64,000 nt of DNA from Oopsacas minuta (taxonomy: Eukaryota > Animalia > Porifera): assembly GCA_024704765.1 (NCBI GenBank), contig JAKMXF010000321.1, positions 496,001-560,000 on the forward strand, given 5' to 3'. The notes under the pieces are model-generated. The model had not been told where the DNA came from and did not search any database. It saw only the letters and a list, made by a program, of their open reading frames with translations. A program made the translations under genes and the position numbers. Of this stretch, positions 1-13,884 are shown piece after piece. Numbering within the stretch: the first letter of the stretch is position 1; each line of letters opens with the position of its first letter.

Positions 1-1863
1 GATCGTTTGAGATCTCATGATCAAATAAAACACGTTAAAGTAATAGAAGATGCTTATGTTCCTGTTATAAAGATGGTATTCTCTGGTATTGAGATGGATC
101 TTACTTATGCACGTCTTGCTCTGAAGGCTATTCCTAATACATTAGATTTACAAGTAAGTATATTTATTCTTGAATTTGTTGAATACAGTTAACTCTCGTT
201 GTTATATCAAACACGGATATATCGAAGTCTAAAATTGTACAAAGTAACATACATTAAACTCCCGCAATCTCGTTATATCGAAGTTCAATTCAGACTTCAA
301 TATAAGTGTGTATTTCAATATAACGGGATTTACTGTCTTTTATTAACATTTCTTTATAGCACTTATTACATTATATAATCATAATCTTCAATCTATTAGG
401 ATACAGAACTTCTCCGTAACCTAGACCCCAGATGTATCCGGTCCCTAAACGGCTGTAGAGTGACGGACGCTATTCTCACACTAGTACCTGACGTTAATCA
501 TAAAGAGGCTTTTAAATGCGCACTCAGGATGATAAAATTATGGGCGAAAAACCGTGGAATATACAGTAACGCTATGGGATATCTAGGTGGCGTTTCATGG
601 GCTATCCTAGTCGCTAGAACATGTCAATTATATCCGAACGCTTCAGCTTCTACAATCGTACACAAATTCTTCCGAGTATTCACACAGTGGAAATGGCCAC
701 AACCCATAATGTTAAGAGGTTTTGAAGAGAACGTTTTAAACATGCAGGTCTGGGATGCTCGTCTCAATGAACAAGATGCAATGCATAAAATGCCTATTAT
801 AACGCCAGCATATCCTGAACAGAACACTACATTCAATGTACGAAAATCCACATTATCAGTTATGCAAGAGGAATTCGACCGAGCTTCAAAGATATGCATG
901 TTAATAAGCTTGAACAGAACAAATTGGGAAGTTCTGTTCGAACCAGTTAACTTTTTCAGTAAATACAAACATTATATAATTGTTCAGCTAGAAACAGACA
1001 CTGAACAAGATCATTTGGAATGGCAAGGCCTATTAGAATCAATGATCCGATTTCTAATTGAAAACTTAGAAACTATTCGTAAATACATTGATGTTGCATG
1101 TGTATACCCGTCCCCTATACGTCAAGATCCTCTCCCAAGCACAGGTCCTGATGCCGTTAAACCCGTCTTTAAGTCCTCCTACTTTGTTGGTCTACAATTC
1201 TTAGTCGCTGGTATCGATCTCCATTTAGCAGAGCCTTTAAAACAATTCACAGACCGTGTGTATGAGAAAGCTCGTAAGAACAAATTCTCTCCGACTGGAA
1301 AAATAGCACTTGTCTATTATAAGCGTTCTAACCTGAAGGAACAATTCCCTAATATCGATATTAAACGTAAGGATACGTTTTCACGCCTCATGAAGCAGTA
1401 TAGTAATTTATTCACTACCCTAAACCCTAGGAAATCTCCCTCTCCCCCTCGTAACTCCCTTGCCGTCTCTTCAAATCCCGGTAGTCCCCGCGTCCATCAT
1501 GAATCACCTCAAGGAACAACAGGTGCCATGACAATGTCTCCCAAGCCAAACGGAGCACCGTCCTCTCCTCAAGACGTCTCAATGCGAAACGCGAGTCAGG
1601 CATCAGAGAGTAATTCTCAAATGGATACGAATGGTGACGTGACTAAACGCGAAACTAAACGCAAACATGAACTCTTACCCTCTTCCCAACCAAAAAGAGT
1701 ACGTTCTCAATCGCCACCCCTTCAAGAGCATATCTTGACTCCAGAGCTAGCCACACCCTACGAACTAGAGAGATTTATTCCCCCATTCCCCCTGGGCAAA
1801 GACACCCGTAAAGACATAGAAATTAAACTAATTTCAAAAGCTACAACTACCACGACATCATGA
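1..1863 (+). CDS. PAPOLA: Canonical poly(A) polymerase, 3' part; exons <1-153 and 400-1863
   Basis: Motifs DAYVPVIKMVFSGIEMDL, LNGCRVTD, WAKNRGIYSNAMGYLGGVSWAILVARTCQLYPNA and MPIITPAYPEQNTTFNV. The GT(154)-AG(399) intron joins the two frames in phase 0. Confidence 0.95.
184..337. mobile_element. MITE family A (Tc1/mariner-pogo-like, TA-flanked), degenerate copy in the PAP intron
   Basis: Starts TACAGTTAACTC and ends ATAACGGGATTTACTGT; internal TATATCGAAG motifs are shared with many other copies. Confidence 0.7.
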
Positions 1864-2244
1864 GAGCTTTCATCACTCGTGCCTAGTGCGAGAGAAGAAA
1901 TGAGTAAATTATTTTGTTTTCTTTAATCAACTAACACACTCAACCTCATTTATCAATTAATTCACTCTTTATAATCAATGCTTTGTTACTATTAAGTGAG
2001 AGAACTTCTATCAATTTATTTGTACACTCCTTCATACTAGTGAATGTCAGTGGATATTAGCCTAGACATAATTAATTAATTATTTTCCTATTTAGGTTCC
2101 TGGGTAATAATTATAGATTTGTATTTGAGTATTTTCGCTGCAATTTTATAGAGGCTAGACTAGGGCTAGTTGCATGACCGTGTCGGACACCTTTCTATGT
2201 CACGTGGTAACTTGAAATTCAATACTCATTCTAATTCCCCGCTT

Positions 2245-2370
2245 CCCACTGGGGTCCATTGACCCCTTGGTGGTGCACAGGCGAAGGTAGGTGTCCACAG
2301 GTTCTCAAAATTCAGATTGCAGTCTATGTGAGGGGTCTATAAAATGTGTTAAAAATGTTGGGAACAGCTT
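2245..2370. mobile_element. hAT/Charlie-like non-autonomous fragment
   Basis: GGGGTCCATTGACCCC hairpin core and an AAAAATGTTGGGAACAGCT end resembling the reverse complement of the CAGCGGTTCTCAAC terminus at 12250. Confidence 0.35.
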
Positions 2371-3515
2371 TCTTAATTATTCCATAATTTGTGATTGCAC
2401 GCAGTAGAAGCATAAATACTATTTTGCTAAGTTTACATGTAATACCAATATTTGCAAATTCATTTGTAGTAATCAAGTCGCATCCGATTATCCCTTGTAA
2501 TGAACTCTAATTTGCATATTTCTGTGGAAAATCCTTTCCATTATATTGTTGTTTACGCGTAAAAGTATTCAGTTTTGTAATACCTGCGATATCTGATATG
2601 ATAAATATATCTGAGTATGTTATAACTGAAATCAATTTACACTCACTTCACAGACATAGAACGAATTCTGGCGCGTATTGTGGTATTTGATATATACCAA
2701 TTTATCAGGAATATATTTACGGATTGGGACATATAAACAGATAATGACTGTAATTATAATTATTAATATATATGTGTTTACTCAGTAGATATTACTGTGG
2801 CAATGAATGTTTATCGTTGCAAGAAATTGGGTACTATCTAATGCATTGGAAGTGTAAGTGTGGATACTGACTTAGAACAATAGATAGGTGTATATTGAAA
2901 TCGTTTTCTTTTATTTTTGCAACAGGTAAATAATTTCCAAAAATTCAAAAATTTGACATTTCAAATTGAAACTTTTAGTAATCTCTTCCCCTCCGTGTTA
3001 TTAGGAAATTGCCCAATCATTTTATGCTAATCCATAAAAATACAAGATTCATTGCAGTTTCAATTCTGAGAATTCTTTCCTCCTCTCTACCCGAAAAAAG
3101 ATAAATTGTCCATTTACAATTTATAAAATTGGGTTATCAGAACTTCATAATTTTCTAAAACTGGCCATTAGGGTAATTCTTATTTTTGAGATATCAATTC
3201 TTTAACCTGATGATCTTGTATCGATATATTTGGTGTAGACATGTCCTGATCCCTTAAGATTTGTATAACTAATTATTGAATTTAACAGTTTACGTCAAAC
3301 GAAACTATTTCCATTTATTTGAATACTTTTGTCTATTTGTGCATCGTGTAGATTGTAGAAAAGCTTAGTGCTTTAGTGCCCGAATTTCATAAAATTTATT
3401 AGAATTATTCTATTATTTGCTTTATGTCGTTACGTGTATGTAATTATCCACCAATAGTTTCTACATCAAATTGTGTCACATTGATTACTGTAATGTTATG
3501 CAAGAGAATTCCATT

Positions 3516-3822
3516 TGACGTAGCCTTATGACGCATTATAGATTACCACCAGATATCTAATTTACTCGTTTATAATTTCATAAAGTTTTGGGTTAAAAAC
3601 TTACAAATCATTAATCATATGACGCTACAATGGAGTACAAAGTCTACACTTAGGACCTAAAATAGGTTGTAAATAAACAAATATAGATTGAGTAGAACTT
3701 GGTTAGTATGTACTCGCCTTTGACGTATAGTATTGTACCTTTCGCCAAAACGGTTTAGCAATTCTTATGCTAATTGTATTGGAAGAATATTCGGCTATGA
3801 CGTACTTCGGTTAGTATGTACT
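3516..3822 (+). promoter_or_regulatory. Cluster of five TGACG (CRE half-site-like) motifs and a 14-bp direct repeat upstream of BRX1
   Basis: TGACG at 3516, 3529, 3620, 3721 and 3798; GGTTAGTATGTACT at 3701 and 3809. Confidence 0.3.
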
Positions 3823-3894
3823 AATTTTCGTTTCCCGTGGTGTCAAGCTATTAACTTTATTTCCTGTATAATTGTCAATGAATTCTCATTAGCA

Positions 3895-4806
3895 ATGCAT
3901 GGAAAGCGTAAAAACAAAAATAAACCCAGTAGAGAACCGAAAAGACCCAAACTAGCTAAAGAAAGGCCTCAACCTAAGCAGGACACTCCTGCCGAGCAGC
4001 TCCCCGCAAAGATAACTAGTGAACAATTAAAGGTTAGGAAAAATTCAATTCTCAAAAGATGGACTAATCGTACACGTACTTTAGTATTCTCATCTCGTAG
4101 TAATACATTCCGTATACGTTATTTAATGAGAGATCTACTGTCTATATTACCTCATGCTAAAACAGAAGTTAAACTAGAGAAGAAAGACAATCTAAGTGTA
4201 ATAAACGAAATATGCGAACTTAGGAATTGCAATAATTGCATTTTCTTCGAAGTACGAAAACACACGGATATGTATGTGTGGTTTTCGCGTGTACCAGCTG
4301 GACCGAGTTTCAAGTTTTTGGTAGAAAACTTACATACGACTGATGAGCTAAAACTGAGCGGAAATTGTCTCAAAAGTTCAAGACATATACTTTGTTTTGA
4401 TGATATTTTTAAACAAACTCCCTATCTTTCACTTATACAAGAGCTTTTTACGCAAACCTTTTCCGTGCCGAATTTCCATCCAAAAAGCAAACCGTTTATC
4501 GATCATGTTTTGAATTTTTCTTTCACGGATAATCGCATTTGGATTCGTAATTATCAAATAATCGATGGAGGCACTTCTCTCCTAGAAATTGGGCCTCGAT
4601 TTGTTCTGAATTTAGTTAGAGCTTTTGAAGGTAGTTTTTCAGGATCTGTTATCTATCATAATCCTGATTACATTTCTCCTAACTTATATCGCAGTAAACT
4701 AAAAGCTAAGAAAGCTATTGAACATCAAATGAGAGTGGAAGGAAATCAGGGAAAGAAGAAGCAAAAAGTAGCTCCAGAAGTTGATGACCCTCTAGACATA
4801 TTTTAG
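3895..4806 (+). CDS. BRIX1: Ribosome biogenesis protein BRX1 (Brix domain), intronless; probable ATG at 3895
   Basis: WTNRTRTLVFSSR, LMRDLLSILPHAKTEVK, INEICELRNCNNCIFFEVRK, LLEIGPRFVLNLVRAFEGSFSG, YHNPDYISPN. Confidence 0.93.
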   Translation: MHGKRKNKNKPSREPKRPKLAKERPQPKQDTPAEQLPAKITSEQLKVRKNSILKRWTNRTRTLVFSSRSNTFRIRYLMRDLLSILPHAKTEVKLEKKDNLSVINEICELRNCNNCIFFEVRKHTDMYVWFSRVPAGPSFKFLVENLHTTDELKLSGNCLKSSRHILCFDDIFKQTPYLSLIQELFTQTFSVPNFHPKSKPFIDHVLNFSFTDNRIWIRNYQIIDGGTSLLEIGPRFVLNLVRAFEGSFSGSVIYHNPDYISPNLYRSKLKAKKAIEHQMRVEGNQGKKKQKVAPEVDDPLDIF

Positions 4807-4989
4807 TCTCCTAATATTTTTGATGATTTGGTAATTGTGTTTAGTTTTTCATTAAAAACATCATTTAATACGCATATTTTAAAAATTATATTTAAAATCC
4901 CCCTGCCCCATACTTACCAACCCTCCCCCATTATCTCGGGAAAATTTTGAAAATCCGAGAATTTTTCTATTTTTACTGTATTTCTCATA

Positions 4990-5031
4990 TATTAAAAAGT
5001 ACAGTGGACATGTCGACTGTACTTTTTAATA
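4990..5031. repeat. 42-bp near-perfect palindrome
   Basis: TATTAAAAAGTACAGT-G-GACATGTC-G-ACTGTACTTTTTAATA: 16-bp perfect arms, one G/G mismatch, self-complementary core. Confidence 0.9.
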
Positions 5032-5459
5032 CCGCGTATTTCTGGATATTTTGGGGTGGAATAAGGGATAACATGAAATCTCAGGAAATTTGTAAAAGCT
5101 GTTGGTAAATACAGTAGTGTTTTGCCAAAAATCGAGAAGGAGGCGCTCCCCATTAAAGTTTTACCTTTTCTCGTGAAAACGGGTCCGAGGAAAGTTGTTG
5201 GGGAGTAAATATGCCTGCTCCACCAGTGATAGTCCGCTGCGCCACAAATCGCCTACTTTTGAGAATCTCTGTGTTATTCCATATAAATGATGATTGATAA
5301 TCACTAGATTTGATTGTATGGATTTAGAATCTCTATTATTTGTCTTGCGCGTGTGATAATACAATATTATATATTTTGTATAGAAAACCTCCTCACGTAA
5401 TATATTATTACTTATAGGCTATATGTGTTAGTATTTAGCTTTATATATAATATCTGTAC

Positions 5460-6863
5460 ATGGCTAATGGTGCTGGTGATATAGTAATGGCTGAGATACA
5501 AGTAACAACAGCGGCTGGTGAAGTGGAAAGTCTCAGGATAGATTCAACAGGAGATGATGAACCTACATCTGATGTGAATGATGCTAAGGGAGTAACGGAT
5601 AGTTTGATGCGGTCAAAGAAGGAACGAAGCTGGACACGATTTGGTCTACGAGATCGTGGGAAATCTGCTAAAACATTATCAGCGGAATGGTGGGAGGGGA
5701 AAGAACCGTTTATGATACGTGGTAGATCAGTACCTGTATTCCTAATGAAATGGGTACTCTTCCTGAAATATGAGGAACCTCCTAAACACGTTAGTCTCCT
5801 CCAGCAGTCCGCATGGGCCTGGAGACCCAGACTTAACTTCTGGTGTATTCTACCTATCCTATTCTCATCTTGTTTGTTCTTCATCGTATTTGGCATTCCA
5901 ATGGTGTACTTCTTCGTTACTAGTGTGTTTAGCTACTCTGTAGATTACACATACTGTCTATCCACTAATTCTTCCACCGATTTAAGAACCTCCCTAGAGA
6001 CAATGTTGGCTGAGAGCTCAAGCTCTATTGCCTGTAATTCACCTGTTAACGTGTCAACTGTAAACCTCACAACCTGTGAACAGTACGTATCTGCTATACC
6101 CAGGTGTGTGCTAGCTAGTGTAAGGATTAAATACTCCTGTCAGTGTCGCGTGCAGTTACCAGTAGATAGAGTTCTCCCTCAACCTGTGTTCTTATTCTAT
6201 GAATTGAGTAATTTCTATATAAGTCATAGGAGATTCACTCAATCTTGGTTTGGTTCTCATTTCTTAAGTGAAAGTTTCGATTCAGTAGATAGAGGATGTG
6301 CTTCTTACTCCCGAGATGCTAATAACACCGTATACTTTCCCTGTGGTATGGTACCAAATGCGTTTTTTAACGATACCATTATTCCAGTTGAATTTCCCAT
6401 TATAAAGAAAGATATTACATTCTCACGGTATGTTGGTAATAAGTTTGTACAGCCATCACTGGCTATACAAGATGAGATTATTAATAACACAGCCTCTCCA
6501 GCTGCTTGGGCCTTCCCAGTCTACTCACTCCCTAGTGGGATGGAAAACGATGATTTCATGACTTGGCATTCCACCTCAGCATTTCCGAACTTCAGGAAGC
6601 TATACGGAGTTGTAAATGCTACGATCAACTCACAAACCTATAACTTTATTGTTATATATAATTATCCAGTGACCAGCGTCGGTGCTAGTAAATTCATTTC
6701 CTTCGGTACGACAGCCTGGATGGGAGGACAGCCAAGCGGATTCCTATCCTATTTCTATCTAGTATATGGTATCGTAATAGGTGTATGTACATTGGTGATT
6801 GTAATCATACACTTCCCATTTAAACATTGGAATAAGAAAAGTTATTTGACACAACCGTATTGA
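5460..6863 (+). CDS. CDC50/TMEM30 P4-ATPase flippase beta subunit, intronless
   Basis: PVFLFYELSNFYISHRRF, FPCGMVPNAFFNDT, ENDDFMTWHSTSAFPNFRKLYG, YNYPVTSVGASKFI..TTAWMGG; two hydrophobic segments flank a Cys-rich ectodomain. Confidence 0.88.
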   Translation: MANGAGDIVMAEIQVTTAAGEVESLRIDSTGDDEPTSDVNDAKGVTDSLMRSKKERSWTRFGLRDRGKSAKTLSAEWWEGKEPFMIRGRSVPVFLMKWVLFLKYEEPPKHVSLLQQSAWAWRPRLNFWCILPILFSSCLFFIVFGIPMVYFFVTSVFSYSVDYTYCLSTNSSTDLRTSLETMLAESSSSIACNSPVNVSTVNLTTCEQYVSAIPRCVLASVRIKYSCQCRVQLPVDRVLPQPVFLFYELSNFYISHRRFTQSWFGSHFLSESFDSVDRGCASYSRDANNTVYFPCGMVPNAFFNDTIIPVEFPIIKKDITFSRYVGNKFVQPSLAIQDEIINNTASPAAWAFPVYSLPSGMENDDFMTWHSTSAFPNFRKLYGVVNATINSQTYNFIVIYNYPVTSVGASKFISFGTTAWMGGQPSGFLSYFYLVYGIVIGVCTLVIVIIHFPFKHWNKKSYLTQPY

Positions 6864-7630
6864 TGACGTAACGGTTTAGTTGGTGGACATTGCGTGTGAT
6901 AAATATTATTTAATCTTTATTTAACGTTTCTAGTTTGCTCTTTCTTGTGATATTCATTTAATAATATAAACAGGCTTTAATACAGTGTATACGTGTAACT
7001 GGGGTGTCAGAGACCCCCGCAAAATTATAACCTGTTTTTCCTGTTTCTGCCAAATTCTCATTTGTAGATGTTCGTTTGTATGGGACTATGAATTCGCAAT
7101 ATTTATCCTCACTCCGATTCTACGTCCCCTTTTGTAAAGGTTACACTGTGTTATTATCAGCATTTCAAATGTATTGCTTAATTAGTTACCCGATTAAGCT
7201 AAGTTTATTGTACTTTCGTATTGTGTCTGCTTTTCATATTATTTATGAGATTTCTATGTACCGAACCTTCAATTGCTTACTACCTTTATTGAATTCATAA
7301 ATATAAACAAAAGCTATCAGAATGGTATATTCGAGGTTCTAATTTGATTATGTCTAACTCTTTGTCTGTTCAAATAATTATCTCAGTTTAATGGTCTTAA
7401 TTACCTTTTCTACGATTACAGTAGATGTTTTCATATAATCACATGTATTTGTTCGTTAGAATAATCTGTGTATTTTGACGATAATCCCCTATATTACCAG
7501 TTAATAATTAGAAAGTTTACTTAATTATTTTCATAGAATTTCATAGTGAGATTACAATTGTGCTTTTCTCTAAAATTAACTCTAAACTTCTCTAATATTA
7601 ATTTCTTACACTAAAGTATGGGACTGTTGA

Positions 7631-10989
<3,359 letters not shown>

Positions 10990-11158
10990 CACACATGAGA
11001 GAAAGGTATGTATTTATATATTGTTTCATATACAGGTTTTGCATTTTGTTTTGCTTGCTTGCAATTTAATTGTGCAACTTTCATTTCCAATCCATAATAC
11101 ATTGTAAAGTTCTTAATAATATCAACCTGAATATATTTTAGAATTAATACGGTCTATT

Positions 11159-12070
11159 ATGTCAGTGATTGGTTTATTCCCAGGTCAAGGTGCACAACAT
11201 ATTGGTATGTTACGTCACTCACTCACTCTCCCTTCAGTACAGTCTTTATGTAAACTCGCGTCAGATACATTAGGGTATGATCTAGCGGAAATTTGCAAAT
11301 CAGGACCACATGATAAACTGAATAAGACAGAGTATTGTCAACCTGCTACACTATTAGCCTCCTTATCCTCCCATGAGATATACACACAATCACATAATAC
11401 ATTATCTGCATTAGCTGGATTCAGTGTAGGAGAAATATCAGCCTTAGCCGTTTCCAAATCTATATCATATAGTAACGCGTTCTTGTTCGTTAAGCATAGA
11501 GCTGAAGCAATGCAGGAAGCTTCTGATACAACCTCCAGTGCTATGCTATCTATATCTGGTATTAATGTTACTACAGTACAATCTATCCTGGAGGAATACA
11601 ATAGAGAAAAGCATGTAGATTTATACGCGGTTATTGCTAACTATCTAGCCGAGAATACCTGTGCTATTTCTCTAGCTAAGAGTGACATTAACAAACTCTC
11701 AGATAGATTCACTACTGCAGGAGCACGAGGCATTAAGCTGATACCAGTATCTGGTGGATTTCATAGTCAATTCATGAGCTCAGCTACTGAGAAGATTCTA
11801 GAGATAGTCAGTAAAATAGATGTACAACTTCCTACTACCCCTGTATATTCTAACTTAACAGCTCAGCCTTATTCATCTGTAGAAGAGATTAGTGACTCAC
11901 TTGTTTTACAAATGACTAGACCAGTTCAATGGTATGAGATTATGAAGAGATTGATTGAGAGATATCAAAAAGCAGAATTTGTAGAGTTAGGATTTGGAAA
12001 ACAATTATTATCCCTCTTAGCTAGGATAGATAGAAATGCATACAAATTAGCTACTAATATACCTCCATAA
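11159..12070 (+). CDS. MCAT: Malonyl-CoA:ACP transacylase (mitochondrial type), intronless
   Basis: LFPGQGAQ, LNKTEYCQPA, active site AGFSVGE, PVSGGFHS, VYSNLTA, LVLQMTRPVQW. Confidence 0.93.
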   Translation: MSVIGLFPGQGAQHIGMLRHSLTLPSVQSLCKLASDTLGYDLAEICKSGPHDKLNKTEYCQPATLLASLSSHEIYTQSHNTLSALAGFSVGEISALAVSKSISYSNAFLFVKHRAEAMQEASDTTSSAMLSISGINVTTVQSILEEYNREKHVDLYAVIANYLAENTCAISLAKSDINKLSDRFTTAGARGIKLIPVSGGFHSQFMSSATEKILEIVSKIDVQLPTTPVYSNLTAQPYSSVEEISDSLVLQMTRPVQWYEIMKRLIERYQKAEFVELGFGKQLLSLLARIDRNAYKLATNIPP

Positions 12071-12249
12071 GAGGAAATAGATTGAAATTGCCTGTCTGAG
12101 TCTGCGGCATTTCCCACTTGAGGGAGCTATTAATATTTCGCGATTTATATTTATTGTTTCACTCATTCGAATATGCAATTTCGTAGTCATGTGTCATTGT
12201 GGCTTAAGATTTGATGATTTAGTACCACTAATACTGCGAAACTTTAATC

Positions 12250-12343
12250 CAGCGGTTCTCAACCATTTTCTCTAATGGACCCCCAAGCCCTGTGTCATCC
12301 GTGGACCACCAAGGGCCCATGCACTCAATGTTTGGAACCGCTG
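12250..12343. mobile_element. hAT/Charlie-like MITE
   Basis: TIRs CAGCGGTTCTCAA...TTTGGAACCGCTG; flanks CTTTAATC and TTTTAAGC match at 6 of 8 positions, consistent with a decayed 8-bp TSD; a partial left end recurs near 38200. Confidence 0.7.
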
Positions 12344-13009
12344 TTTTAAGCAGTATTAGTTTTGAAAAGGAGGTACATAGATACCTTATACTTCATTACT
12401 ATGTCATCCAGAGATACTGAATGGTTGATAAGAATGTATGCCATAAAGAGTATCAGTACACACCGTATCGTAATGTAATGTATGTTTATGAGACTTTAAT
12501 TAATAAATCTCCAATATATTAGGTATTGCCTTATCATATTCATATCTCGATTTAACTGCATTCAATGATAATTTTAGATAATACTGATCGCTCAATAATG
12601 TACATATGCTAAAAGGAAATGTACTTTCCAAGAATTACATTTAATACTACAGTTAATTGTTATCATAAGGTGAATACACCAGAAATAATACGCTGGTTGA
12701 CATATCAGTAGAATATCGTTAATACGAATTTCCAGTTAAGGCGAACAATTGTTTACACCCAATCAGGACTCTATAATGGTTATTCAATTGGTATTCTTAC
12801 GGTTAATGCAAACTCAGGAGAAAGCGAATTAATTTGACCGTTCGTTAGTGTTCTTATTAACTAGATTCCACTCTATTTCTGTAATCATGGAGCCCGTCAT
12901 TTCTTGTAGCGTAACATACGAGATATACCAATTGTGTCCTCTAAGCACTTGGGTGTATGGGTTCAAAGTACTCTAAACACAGAATTCGCTGAATAATCTT
13001 TGAGTGTAA

Positions 13010-13098
13010 TACAGTAGAACCTCGTTAATACGTACACCAAGGGACCGTCGAGATTAATACTCCTTATTCGGAGTACGTATTAACGAGGTTTCACTGTA
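13010..13098. mobile_element. Short TA-flanked MITE related to family A
   Basis: TACAGTAGAACCTCGTTAATACGTAC...GTACGTATTAACGAGGTTTCACTGTA long TIRs; internal AAGGGACCG. Confidence 0.8.
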
Positions 13099-13663
13099 TA
13101 TCATTATAGCATTACTGAATCAATTTATAAATTGATCTATAACAGTGAAGAGCTGCCTCATGACTTATCTCAACTGATATACTAGTGAATACGGTTTTAG
13201 AAAATCCATTTAAGTATATGTGATGGTTTCTCCGTCAATCTTATTTCTTAAAACTCTGAGTTAGGCTAGCATATAACTATCAAGTAAATTCGTTACTACT
13301 TATACGGGTTGTACATCTCATCTTTAAAGAGATAGAGCACTTTATGAGGCCATTTAAGAAATCTTTGCATTTGTTTCTAACTATGTTTGGCCTGAGTATG
13401 CGTCGAAAGCACATTTCAAGTTCACTACTGTTTTGTTTCTAATGATATTCCACGATACACGAATACAATATTGATTCAACTATATATACACCTGTTAATT
13501 GGGCTAATTAAGTAAAACAAAATAATAGAAAATTTTATAGAAATCACAGTTTTTGCTAATGATGGCTAAAATATAGAATCCATAAATGGAGATAATCTAC
13601 TGCGTTAATGACCTTTTCTGCGATTTCTCTTTCTATTTGTTGTTCTAACATGACTGCTACTCC

Positions 13664-13794
13664 TACAGTCAACTCCCGGTTATATCGAAGCTCAAGGGAC
13701 CGCGATAATTACTTCGATATAACAGAGTTCAAAATAATGTTAATACTTAGACGGTTTGGGACCATATACTTCGATATATCCGGAGTTGACTGTA
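13664..13794. mobile_element. MITE family A copy with intact TA flanks
   Basis: TA-CAGTCAACTCC...GGAGTTGACTG-TA. Confidence 0.9.
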
Positions 13795-13884
13795 ATTGCA
13801 TATTTGTTATTTACCGTGTTTGTGTGTTTGAATGGATTGTAGACTATCCTATGCTAGAAATTTTACAAGAAGAGATTACTATTC

